This document shows positions 1 through 11,759 of a DNA stretch of 64,000 nucleotides, piece after piece; the stretch's first letter is position 1; every line of letters starts with the position of its first letter. Where the stretch lies: NCBI GenBank assembly GCA_964016885.1, contig OZ024740.1, forward strand, positions 348,998,001 to 349,062,000, read 5' to 3'. Under the pieces are notes generated by a model, which had not been told where the DNA came from, made no database searches, and saw only the letters and a list, made by a program, of their open reading frames with translations. Source of the DNA: Eledone cirrhosa. Its lineage: Eukaryota. The position numbers were made by a program, and so were the translations under genes.

Positions 1-133
1 AATAGAAATACTAGTGAAGAGAATTTATTATTCTTTCAGCTACATGTGTATCAATGGAAACTACCTACCACTCACTGGACTTTAGCTACATGTAAACAAA
101 TAATGATTAATTCAAATAAGTTGTATTCCCTAG

Positions 134-1200
134 AATCTCGGGTCTATCTTCTAACATACAAGTATTTAAGGAACACGCCGAGTACTACGATAACGCCCTT
201 AGTAAAGCAGGCTACCTCAACAAAATAGAGTATATAGATGAGAACAATCAAAACACCCAAAATAAATCCCACATAGGTAGATATAATAACACAACACCAA
301 ACCACACTTACTACCATAGTATACACACCAGTAAACCAACAAACAAAACTAGTAGAAAGCGATGCAAAGAGTACTTATGGTATAACCCTGAATACAATAG
401 TTCCATTAGTACAAATTTACCAGTACTCTTTAAAATAATTAAGAGACATTTTCCTACATCACACAAATACCACAAAATCCTAAACCCTACCACTATAAGA
501 CTGTCATACTCTACAGCGTTAAACCTTGAACAACACATAAAAAAGATCAATACTAGAAGGTTAAACGAAAACACTAAAAACTTAAGTACAAAGAACACAA
601 AAAAAAACAGTAGATAATACACTACAGAACATAAATAAACCATACCTAAGTTCGTCCGCAATACTACTCCAGAGAAAACCCAACGTACACAACTGTAACT
701 GCACCTATCCTGACAACTGCCCCCTCGGCAATAACTGCCTGGAAAAAAATATTATTTATAAGTGTACCATTAAATCCGGAGGCAACGAGTGGTATTACGT
801 GGGATCAACGGCAACATCGTTTAAATCTCGATTATATAGGCATTCTTACTCAATAAAACACCAGAGCCAAAGAAATGTAACAACTTTAGCAGAAAAAGCT
901 TGGACGCTCAGGGATAGCGGTCAAAAGCTTACCCTAAAATGGGAGAAATTAGCTAAAACCCAAAGCTTTTCCAGGAGCCAAAATTTCTGCAAATTGTGTA
1001 ATCTTGAGATTTGTTACATAATCACACACAAGAAGAAATTGCTGAATAACAGAATTGAACGAACATTATTCTGCCGTCACCGAACTAAAACACTTTTTTC
1101 CCACTACAAGCTGAATATTACATAAAAGAGGGACATCCCCCCAACTATATAAACCTCAATCTAGTTAGAAAAATATAAAAACAATCTCTTATCAACATAT
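134..1200 (+). mobile_element. Penelope-like retroelement fragment (RT C-terminal linker plus GIY-YIG endonuclease)
   Basis: Broken frames give SSN..VF.E..Y..AL, WYNPEYN and C.C...NCPLGNNCL..NI+YKC. ORF 799-1125 gives YVGST.TSFK.R...H..S, W.L+, CKLCNLE and LLN.R.E..FCRH, typical of a PLE endonuclease. Confidence 0.8.
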
Positions 1201-1402
1201 ATATGTATATTAATAACCTTAAATTACCACACTAATAATGGAAAGATATGCTGATGAGAATAGGTGCAAATGTGCTATAATGAATGTGTCTAAAAGCGAC
1301 CATATGTATGTATATATATGTGAAAATGTATATAAATAAGTAAATATATATATATATGTTTGATGTGTATAGTTGGATGCAAGTGTATTCATGTATTAAA
1401 GT

Positions 1403-1465
<63 letters not shown>

Positions 1466-1992
1466 GACTGGAGTATGTATGTAAATATGTGTGTGTCTAT
1501 ACGTGTGTATATAAAGATAAGTTGAGTATGAAAATGTATACACATGGATGCGTATGTATGTACATGTATATATGTGTATATATATGTATATATATATGTG
1601 TGCATGTGTATATGTATGTAAGTATGAGCATGTAAGTATGTGTATGTGAGTATATGTATTTTGTAGAGGTGTGCATATATGTTTGTGTGTGAATGCGTGG
1701 GCGAAAGGATACGTACACTTGAAAGAAAAATTTAAGTCTGAATGTTAATTAAGTGCAAACACAAAACCAACCATGCATATCTATACTATCTCTAATCCTT
1801 CTATAGATTTAGAAAAATAACCAATAATATATTCTATAAAAATGTCAAAACAACAGATGGGAATCTAATTACTCACTGCCACCAAAAATTCTCACTGCTA
1901 TCAAAAAACCACTCCCTCAACTATTCTTCTAACAACTTCACCCCTCCCTCCTAATATTCTCTATAAAAACCAAACAGGTCCTTAGTAAAAAT

Positions 1993-2110
1993 TATTCTGA
2001 TGAAATGACACTGATAATAACATTGAAATATTGAATGTCTGCATAACTAATACTTTGTAGATAGCAGCTGTTTTCAGGTTATGTAACTGTTATTGAAACA
2101 CGTGTCAATA
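1993..2110 (+). ncRNA. Type I hammerhead ribozyme (PLE/retrozyme type)
   Basis: TATT-CTGATGA(1997-2003), stem II AATGACA/TGTTATT, GAAA-C-ACGT-G-TC, then AATA. Predicted cleavage after C2106. Confidence 0.7.
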
Positions 2111-2258
2111 TATTCCTTTTAACTAAACTGTATCCATTTAAATCCTTCTATTTTTCTCCGGATTACTTTTGGAACTAGAACTGGAACCGTCGAGCAAACT
2201 CTACGTGAGCAGTCCATCTACTGTGTGTAATATTTATATTACAACACTACGGAAAATA

Positions 2259-2332
<74 letters not shown>

Positions 2333-2954
2333 AGGAAATTGTATATATATATACATATACACATATATGGATCGCTACTCATGCTTTAATAGAATTGTGA
2401 AATGGAGGGAAAGTATCCTGCATGTTTTATACATGTCTATTCAAATAAATTAGACAATAAAACATTTTAGCTTACTTTACATCAGGAAACCTAGAATGAT
2501 AGACAGAAATATGACATTAATTTCAAAACTCCAATATTAATACAGTTATAATATCTCTGAATGTCGCTAAATTTTAGTCACTACACACGATACGTCAACA
2601 AGTAGAACTGAATTGTTTACTGCGAACCTCCGCTTCTATATGTCGCCTCTAACACCTCCAATTGTATTATACTTCCCTTCCTTTCTCTTACTTTCTTTCT
2701 ATCTCGCCTGAAATAAATACACCGGCTAGTGTATTCTTTTACATCTTATCAGCAAAAAAGTATATTGTAAATTATATGACTGCTTTTAACCGCTCATTTA
2801 ATATATACAATAAACCCTTCACATAGTTTCTATTAGCTTCATATATATTTCTAGATAACTTTATTAATCTTACATTGTTTTTATCACGATGAATTACAGT
2901 CATGTTAAATGTAAGCTACCCCATTTGTCTAAAATATACTCTTCTTTCTTGTAG

Positions 2955-3482
2955 GTTCTTCTTCAGATTGTAATTGTGATGTTCAATTACATCTTCATCA
3001 TGTCTTCGTTACCAATCCACACCCAATGTGAAATACCCACTGATTTGAAAGTCCGCTACGAGAGTTTATCCAGTGCAGCCATTGGCAACAATTTCTTTCT
3101 ACCGGCTGAAATGGCTCCAGCAGAAAGTAATCATCCTATACTCACAGACGGAGATAAAACTTGTCCAACATCTGCTGTTTCCTCTGATATCATCAGTGAA
3201 CGTTCAACTTGCCCCTGGTACCTGAAGATTACCCATAATTCAACAGTCTTCCCTCCATCACGTACAGAAGTAGTGTGTCGTTGTACAGACTGTCTAGATT
3301 CTGACAACAATCACCAATGTGTGGCAGTGTATACTAAAATGACAGTCCTCAAACGTACAGATAAATGTGTTGATGGTCTGTATGTGTATAGTTCAAGTGT
3401 AATAGACGTGGCAACAGCCTGTGTTTGTGCACGGAAAGTTGATGTGATAACTGGGGGAAATGGAAACGATTATGTGTCGTAA
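2955..3482 (+). CDS. IL17: IL-17-like cytokine, coding exon 2 (copy A)
   Basis: Acceptor ttcttgtag ends at 2954. Hydrophobic signal segment VLLQIVIVMFNYIF, then ERSTCPW, CRC..C and VATACVC, matching the IL-17 cystine-knot motifs. Confidence 0.9.
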   Translation, partial: VLLQIVIVMFNYIFIMSSLPIHTQCEIPTDLKVRYESLSSAAIGNNFFLPAEMAPAESNHPILTDGDKTCPTSAVSSDIISERSTCPWYLKITHNSTVFPPSRTEVVCRCTDCLDSDNNHQCVAVYTKMTVLKRTDKCVDGLYVYSSSVIDVATACVCARKVDVITGGNGNDYVS

Positions 3483-3552
3483 AACAATCAACTACCAACT
3501 TTTAAACTGCGTTGTAACGCTAAATGTATTCATATTATTATGAAAGTTTGTT

Positions 3553-3567
3553 GACCACCATGTGGTT
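3553..3567 (+). promoter_or_regulatory. CDE-like triloop hairpin in IL-17 3'UTR
   Basis: GACCAC-CAT-GTGGTT, conserved in five copies. Confidence 0.5.
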
Positions 3568-3749
3568 ATTATAATAGTTGCATATAATTTGACATTCTTT
3601 AACATGACATACATATATAGTTCATAAATATATTTGTATGTGATATTGAAGCGATGATATCATATTAACAGAAATTTAGAGTCTCAAATTTAATACTTGA
3701 TTTTGATATGTTGTACATTAATTTCCAGAATTTATGTCCCACATATATG

Positions 3750-4070
3750 ACTTTACGGGAAACCTGCTGCAGTCTGCAACTAACCAGCGCTCTTGTGCAA
3801 TTGGGGCTGAGGAGGATAAACTCTCCGAGTATCGGTCACTCTCCGACAGGTTTGCAGTCGAGCCCCTAGAAGTGTAGACCTCTGGTGTCCTTGACCCTAG
3901 AGCCACCCTCCTACTCACCACCATAGGCGCTGATCTGGCTACGTGTGTGTGAGCCCCCCCCCCTATATATAGGAGATAGATGCGGTGCATCTCCCTCACC
4001 ATCCTCCGGGGAAACGCTTTCTCCATTCTGTGGACCGAGGGGCGACCAAAGCGTGTGACCCCATTTGCTT
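3750..4070 (-). mobile_element. RLE-type non-LTR retrotransposon 3' fragment
   Basis: Homologous to 19530-19860; further copies at 25440-25720, 34080-34460 and 59940-60150. Confidence 0.7.
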
Positions 4071-4217
4071 ATAATAGTGAGAGATGGGGAGTGCAAGATC
4101 GGCGGAGATGATGACAGTGGGAATTCGACTTCTCTGTGATCGAACCTGGTGTACGTGTGTGTGTATGTTTACTTTTATTCATTCAACATGCAATACAACT
4201 AGTTTTGTATAAACTTG

Positions 4218-4311
<94 letters not shown>

Positions 4312-5039
4312 CAATTTAGACCAATATGAACTACCTATATGTAATAGCAATTTAATGAGGAATATTCAATCAATATTTACCCATCATTTACACAACTTAG
4401 TTATTGTGACTTCGTAAACATATTCGTTATTTAACAGATTTCAAATCTACCTGCTGAAGAATTAGTGAAACAATAAATAAAATGTTTTATCGTATTGAGT
4501 TACGTGCTGTTATATTCCGGGTTCAAATCTCTTTGACATTATTTGTCATTCGCTCTAGATTGAAAAATTAAGTATTAATTCCGATCTGAGAGTCTGTGGC
4601 ATAGACAGGTGCATAGGCAGGCAAAATATCTCATATGTATATAATATATGGAAAAATATTTTTTGTATGTACATTTATACTTTTTCACTTAAAACAAATC
4701 ATTATAATATTCTTTTGTTTCTATTTTAATAAAAAACATATACGACAGGAACATTGCTTTTGTATTCAATTCTTCAACTTTTATTTTGTTAAATCTCTGA
4801 ACTTGATACTTCGTGTTTTATTTTATCCTAGATTAACGTTTTATGTTGTGTCTTAGTATTTATATAAAGATAGCATATATAATAGCAACCGTATATATTT
4901 TTATAGTGATGGTTTTATAATGTCAGTAACTACGTTTCACATCTAATGATTTCATTTCATAATAATATTTCTCCAAGCAATATTATGCAACTCAGTATAT
5001 TCTGTGATATTCTGTTTCTCGCTATGTTATAGACACGAA

Positions 5040-5460
5040 TATATCGAACGACTGGAAGTGTACAGGAGACCTCTGAGGATCAGCGAAACAACCAGAAATC
5101 ATCCGAAATGGTGGTTTGATGCTGGATATCGTATTCCATTTCAATTCATTATAACAGCTGATTTTGACTGAACTAATCATTCCATATGAAAGTAGATTAA
5201 ACGTACGTGAATTCAAGACCGGAAATTATGCCAGTGTGGACAACAGCCTGAGGGAAGCCGAGTTCCGAGTCAAACTTCTCGCCACGGAGATTGGAACCGG
5301 CGACTTTGTGGGAAAATCTGCCTACAATCTCATGAAATAATTTACAGTCTATTGGAAGGGGAGGTCCAAAGACCTTAAGGCAATATCAGAGGCAGCCGAT
5401 AGGAATTCCTGCTGCATTTGGTCGAGGTGAAACAAAAAACGTCCTCCATATCGTTTGTGA
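5040..5460 (+). mobile_element. Degenerate RLE (Hero-like) non-LTR retrotransposon 3' fragment
   Basis: Broken frame DIV....QLILTELIIP.E...KTGNYA...EIG..GKS. Duplicated with the IL-17 unit at about 23860-24290 and 58660-59090. Confidence 0.5.
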
Positions 5461-5919
5461 GGCATCGTGTTTCTATTTTAATGGACGCTAAATGAAGTAA
5501 CTCTGAGTATTTCGTAGTGTGTAGTCGGCGATACTGCTGACATCTCGCCGCTAACCAGACTAAATGCGTTATTTTCCCAAACTCAAGAAAGCATTTATAT
5601 ATAAGTTAGAAAGCAGAATCACCGGAGATGATTTTCAGCTAGATCATGTCAACAAAATATCCTTGCCGTTTAAAAACACAAGTCTCCAATATCCGAATGG
5701 AATGGCTAAATGTCAGCAGCGGAAAGTCCAACAGTCATGATAAAGATGTGCGCCGGCGCCCTTACAAATTACGTGCCGAAACACTCGCTTCAGTGTGGTT
5801 TCTTCTCTGAAGTCCTTCGTCTGTCCAACTCTCCAGAGAGTTTCTTACCACCGATAGCTTTATTTAATTGACAATCCGCGCAAATTTAGCAATTACATTT
5901 ATTGTTTCATGTATGCAAT

Positions 5920-6080
5920 AATTAGGCGGCACATTGACAAAGTCGTTAGAACGTCGGATAGTATGGTTCGCAGTATTCGTTTTTGCTTCTCTGCTCTCTG
6001 AGGTCAAATCCCACCCAGGTTAACTTTGCCTTTCATCCTTTCGAGATCGATAAAAAGAGTCCGAGCTTAATACTGGGGTC
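5920..6080 (+). mobile_element. tRNA-derived octopus-type SINE, diverged
   Basis: B-box-like GGTCAAATCC followed by AACTTTGCCTTTCATCCTTTCGAGATCGATAA. Confidence 0.7.
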
Positions 6081-6829
6081 GGATCATCCTCTATATCTCT
6101 TTCTTACACCCTCTCTTCCAATAACTATCCTTTTCTGGAATAAATGTGCTATATATCAGACCTGGAGAAGGATGGGCTCCGCCAGGTTTAAAAATGCAGA
6201 TGTCAATATGGTGCCTCTCCGACACCTTTAGGAGTTACGGGACCATGTTAGGATACGATAATTGCAATTAAGGTAATTAAAGATATATGGTACTGAAAAT
6301 AGCAATACTACGACAGATAATTCAATAATTTTAAAGCCACATGTTGAATTATTAAATCTAAAATCATATTTAGCACATCCTGGATTTGTGCAGGATAATG
6401 TGTCCTGACAATTTAACCCCTCCTATACAGAAATGGGAAGTAGTTGCAATGGTCATATTAAATTTGCATAATTCCGTTAAGTGATTCATTAAAACTGCAT
6501 TCATTACCACAACAGATAATTGTTACTTCAGTTCCTGTCTCGTTCATTCTTATATTCAACATGCACTATGACTAAATCCATATCAAATTTATTTTCTTAC
6601 ATAATTGTTTCTACTTTTGGCACAAGGCCAGCAATTATACCCGTACATTACTGGTACTTTATTTTATCGACCACGTAAGGATGAAAGACAAAGTTAACCT
6701 TAGAGGGATTTGAACTCAGATCATAAAGCAACGTATAATGTAAGTTTCTAAGTGTTGTAAAATAATATCTTAAGCAATTTTCACTGTATTCATATTCACC
6801 GCCGACACTACTTGTAGAACACCAGACAA

Positions 6830-7870
6830 TTACACTAGAAATAAAACAAGTGAAAGCTGCTTCTTGACTACTCCCATTCGGTTAGTTTAATAACAAGGTG
6901 GTTGTTTAGTTGTTGATTGTAAAAGCTCTTCGTCACACATTTTGTGACCTACTCAGTGACTTCTTTTGTACTTTCTTTCCAACAGCATCTTGTTTTTGTG
7001 AACTATGAACTTGGGCTGCGCATGCGTTATATTCGAGTTTGTGTGTTTATGTGTGTTTGTGTTTTTTTTTAAATTTATTTATCTATTTAATATATTTATT
7101 TGTTTAATTATGTATACGTTTATTTACTTGCCACTAGTTGGTTATTTGTTCTATCTGCGTGTGTCTCGTTTATTTATTAGTATAATTCTTTAGTCACTCT
7201 GTATGCCTTTATCTTATCGATAGTTACTAGTTGTGAGGTTGTTGCTATTCTACCCATGTTTTCTATTTAGTTTTGGTTGGGGTTTGATTATGTTTGTCGT
7301 TTTTATAATCTGTCAGAGAATTGCGTCTGTTCTCTATGTGGATACCATTTTTCTCTCGATGTTCTAAGATGTTCCCCCATGCTCCTTTCTGGCATATTGG
7401 TGGATTACTGATGAGTTTTTCTCAGAGTTTATGCCAGAGTTCTTTTATCCGTTTCACCGCTGCAAGACATGTTCCTATTCCCACACTGTCCCTCCGTACA
7501 TCTTACGCTATATACTACGATCTTTGTTTTACAGTTGATTTGTGGGCTTAATTTGCAGACTATACATTTTTTTATCAGTGCAGGGCGATATTATCAAACG
7601 GGTATGTTCTGTATGCGGTTGATACTATCTGAAATTGATGAGTTTCGATGGATCAGGTACCATGGGTTTGGCATAATACGAAAGTGTTTTATTACTAATG
7701 CTTTCTAACTAGAGATCTGTATCTAGTACAGGTAGACTATGTTTGGGGTGTTTGGTTGGGTAGTCTACGGTAACCTTAGCACTCTGGTGGATGGAGGTAG
7801 CTATTTGCTGGATGCTTTCTGTGGTGTAAGTTTCTGATTCCAGATTATTCTGCTGCGGGATGTATTCTAA
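6830..7870 (-). mobile_element. Degenerate Penelope-like fragment (GIY-YIG region)
   Basis: Minus strand reads IVVYSVRC...SGETDKRTL. A decayed hammerhead-like stem GTCACA/TGTGAC lies near 6930-6950. Confidence 0.5.
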
Positions 7871-7874
7871 ATAC

Positions 7875-7951
<77 letters not shown>

Positions 7952-8149
7952 CGTTTCTGAATTTGTTTAGCAAGATTCTTTATCTGAAAACGTGTGTTGA
8001 AACCGATATTGTTATACTTTGGGAGGGTCATGTTGCCAATAAGAAACACACGCACCAGTTGCTATCTGGTTGTGGAACCAACCAACCAACCAGAAATTTA
8101 TAAATTCCTAAATTTATAAATTTATTATAATAAATTGAAGTGATAACAA

Positions 8150-8790
8150 TATATATATATATATATAGTGGTAGAACACTCGAAGGTAATATCCGTAGTG
8201 GTAGAGCACTGAGTCCATGGGATGAGTTAGGTAGAAGTGGTTACACAACAGTTAGTTCACCATACCGAGAACAATTGTTTCACCTTAGCGGGTCCTCAAC
8301 TCGTAATGGACATGGTTATACGGAACAGGAAGGACAACCGTGCGAACGCGCATGCGCAGAAACGGTCACTTCACTCAGGCAATACTAAATTGCGTGCGAG
8401 AGTTGTAAGGGAGATAACTGCGAAAGTCCGAAAGTTTCTAGTTGATAAGAAAATTAGGATCTTGTTGTAATTCAATCCGGAGCTTTGTAGTTATGTAAGA
8501 GGTGTTTCCAGACGTGTGGACAACGTGTGAAGAATTCATTCCTTTGGTTTAGGCAATCGCTATTGCGTAATCTCTTTAGAATATGTATTCGTTCATCAAT
8601 ACATAGTCCACACGACGGATTTCCCCTTGCGTATGGGTTGGACTTAGTGATGGCTTTCCATTGAATGTAGTAGTCTATACTTGAGTCCTTGAAGGACCAT
8701 ATGTGTCTCTCGAGTTTCGTGGATGAACGTCTGTCCGGGTTTCTAAAGGTCGACTGGAGGTTCAGGGAGCGTTCCTTAAATCCCCCCGCC
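8150..8790 (-). mobile_element. Penelope-like 3' fragment (endonuclease C-terminus plus terminal repeat)
   Basis: ORF 8472-8822 reads [10 protein letters not shown]...[23 protein letters not shown]. Flanked by (TA)n; terminal region also present at 28310-28446. Confidence 0.8.
8266..8303 (-). ncRNA. Minimal type I hammerhead ribozyme, U3 variant
   Basis: Minus strand CGAG-TTGAGGA-CCCGCTAAGGT-GAAA-C-AATT-G-TT-CTCG. Confidence 0.55.
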
Positions 8791-8816
8791 ATACCCACAC
8801 ACACACACACACACAT

Positions 8817-8990
<174 letters not shown>

Positions 8991-9079
8991 ATATATATAC
9001 TTAAGGTAAATTGATGCAATTCAATTCAAGCACTCAACGTACTTTTTCCACATAGGAGCGACGGCGTATATATCAAATA

Positions 9080-9600
9080 AGAAAAGCGAAGTAGTTTCAG
9101 ATGTTAAAGTCCTTTAATGATAATGATGTGATGCATATTTCAATGACGACACTGGCCACACGCTTCGGTGTACCCAGTGCCGTGACATCATCAGACAGCT
9201 TCTTACATAATAAGGTTATGTTTCCGAGGCAATCCTAATTGAATCGACAAGGGAACGGACAAAACGTGTGCTCTTGAATCCTTCGCCCGTTCCCTTGCGA
9301 GTCCCAATTCACCCCACCGGTCTTTGCAGGAAGTTGACCATCAACTACCCCAAAGTTCTACGAAACCCACCTAGGCTGGTCCCCCTCTCAACCAAACAAT
9401 CACCCCATCCAAGTCTGTAATAGGACACGGTTATAGTTTACTGCTAGTCGCCCTGCCAGTGGCAGTTGGCCGAAACCTAGTGGGGGTGGGAGAGTATAAG
9501 TTTCAATAGGTCCCACTACAACCCCTAAATTACGCTTGGACAACAGAATTCACCATCACCCGCTAAGAGAATATACCTATTTCTAGGTATTATGGTTTCA
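9080..9600 (-). mobile_element. Non-coding hammerhead-bearing element (retrozyme/pLTR-like)
   Basis: About 520 bp homologous to 27545-28070; contains a hammerhead; lies near (TA)n. Confidence 0.7.
9125..9199 (-). ncRNA. Type I hammerhead ribozyme
   Basis: Minus strand GCTGT-CTGATGA, long stem II (ACGGCACTGG/CCAGTGTCGT), GAAA-T-ATGC-A-TC, then ACATC. Confidence 0.65.
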
Positions 9601-10207
9601 CAATGGAAATTATGATTGAAAATTAGAAAAATTACAAGTTAAAATCTTGATTGAAGTAAGTAAAAAAATATGTACATATAACAACTAATAAATAGTAAGA
9701 AGTTTTGAAAGGAGGATCAATATTACAGATATATTATCCATATATTGAACGATAGTACCGTACAGTAGAACGGAGTGTAAATTACAGTATGAAACGTAGT
9801 AATTAGGCAAATACATAGTTAGTATTTCTATCACATGAATCAAAACAAAAAATACAAAATATAAGATACAAAAAATACAATAAATACATAGAGGCAAAAT
9901 GAGATAGGAGATATATATGAGAAACATGTACGAGGAAGGTAAATTGTGCGGAAATGAGGGTATAAGTGGTTAAAATTATTGTCAATATTGTCCATGTAAA
10001 GTCCATATAAAAATTCGTTATCGGATGAAGTGAGTGGGTTTCCGTTCAAGGCCTCTGTGCAAATGCAATTTGCTGCAGGAAAATAAGGGGTTTATCGTTG
10101 TTTTTAGTTCCGCAAATTTGACTTGAAAGTGGACCCAACGTAGTGACTCTAAGATCGATTTGTTCATTACATGCAATGGAAATCAGAATTGGAATATGTT
10201 CATCTCA

Positions 10208-10283
<76 letters not shown>

Positions 10284-10958
10284 TATGTATGTGTGTGAGT
10301 ATGTATGTGATGTGTGCATGTGTGTGTGATGTGTGCACGTGTGTGTCTGATTTGCTGTCTATATGTGTGTAAAATAACACACTTTGTATAATCATCTCAT
10401 GTATTGTTGAATATACTATTTTCTTTAACCCTGAATCAAGGCATGGATTTTCTTAACATATGTAAAGAAAACATATACAATATATATTATGAACAAAGAC
10501 TATTTCGGTAAATAGTAAATTTTCACTCATCTTTGTCAAAATGAATCAAATAAGATTAGTCGTTGAGGTAACGTTATGTTTTTCTCATCATATAAATGTC
10601 TCTAATTATATATTTGGTGCACACTACATTAAGTGTATTGACATTAACTTATTTAAGATGCAAAATGCCCCTGTGATTGATTACTTTTTATGTGCTAATT
10701 TTTTACGTCTGGCATGTACAAAATTATATATCTAAATAAATATCCTTTTATCAATAATTCGGCAGGAATGGTTAAGCAGAGCTTCTCCGAGGAAATGTAA
10801 TAAGTTACGAAATCTATCCGATTTTTCTCATATATGTAAACCGTAATTGAGATTTTCATGCTCACTGTTTTATGTTATATAGAGCATACATACTAAATAA
10901 CCTCTACGCCATTTCACCAAACATAAGCAAAGGAGAAATATAATGATATTGAATATTA

Positions 10959-10990
<32 letters not shown>

Positions 10991-11099
10991 CTATCTGAGT
11001 TTGTGTGTGTGTATGAATACTTCACAATATTTTACTGCAAAGTTTAAATAGATAGTTCGTTGCCTTTTTAATTTGATACTATTTTATGAAAATATTTTC

Positions 11100-11220
11100 C
11101 ATCTGACCCAGATTGTAATCCTTTTGTTTAACTACATTGTGACTTCGACGTCAATGCCGACTCCGCGGGAAATACCAACTGGCTTGAAACCTACTTTAGA
11201 GAATCTCACAGATGCAACTA
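11100..11220 (+). pseudogene. Truncated IL-17-like exon 2 relic (N-terminal part only)
   Basis: LTQIVILLFNYIVTS..PTPREIPTGLKPTLENLTDA aligns with LLQIVIVMFNYIFIMSS.P..QCEIPTDLKVRYESLSSA. Cut off by TE sequence at about 11221. Confidence 0.7.
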
Positions 11221-11224
11221 CTAG

Positions 11225-11540
11225 AAATGCCTCAATAGTATTAAGTGCTTTATTCAACAGTGCCATTCTAGTAACATACTTTTGTTGGGAGACTTTAATC
11301 TACCTTGTGTTGATTGGTCTACAAATAGTTTGAAACCAGGCATTCCCACCTCAACCACTGACAAAGAAGCAGTTGAGTCACTTCTCGACTTTATGAATGA
11401 GTTTTTCTTGTCCCAACTTCTCCTTGCACCAACAAGGTATCAGAAGAACATTTTGGACCTAGTGTTTAGTAACCACACTAACACTATACATAGTATTATA
11501 GTGGAAAAACCCTTCTTTCAGACCATGACATGATTCTTTG
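11225..11540 (+). mobile_element. CR1/L2-like LINE APE endonuclease fragment
   Basis: LGDFNLPCVDW and PTR..NILDLVFSN motifs. Confidence 0.8.
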
Positions 11541-11759
11541 TAACCTGAGATTCCACCAAACTGGGATACAATCATGAACGAGCTGAAGAGGTCACAGCCA
11601 ATGAAGGCTGTCACCGAAATATATATAGCAGTAAATTTATAATTTATAATAATCGAAGCCAAATTTTACATATTTGGCTAACTTATTTTTTATATATATA
11701 CAGTGGTACGAAACGCCTAGGAGAGCTGGACAGTTGAGGATTTTCAGAGAAGTAACTAA

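Noticed and set aside
1246-1305. ATATG-CTGATGA...CATAT hammerhead candidate after the GIY-YIG ORF
   Set aside because: GAAA and NUH positions are degenerate; at best a dead relic.
1232-1718. ORFs rich in YI/HT/CV repeats here and at 7867, 8689, 10160, 17385, 27352, 43909, 56024, 56991 and 62492
   Set aside because: Translations of (TA)n, (CA)n and (TG)n microsatellites, not genes.
2902-2954. ATGTTAAAT|GTAAGC as a first exon with a 44-nt intron
   Set aside because: The intron is implausibly short, and paralogs with the same sequence have a better distal exon 1 with a promoter.
4455-4475. CTGAAGA..GAAAC hammerhead-like string
   Set aside because: Created by a deletion relative to copies C and F; stems do not close.
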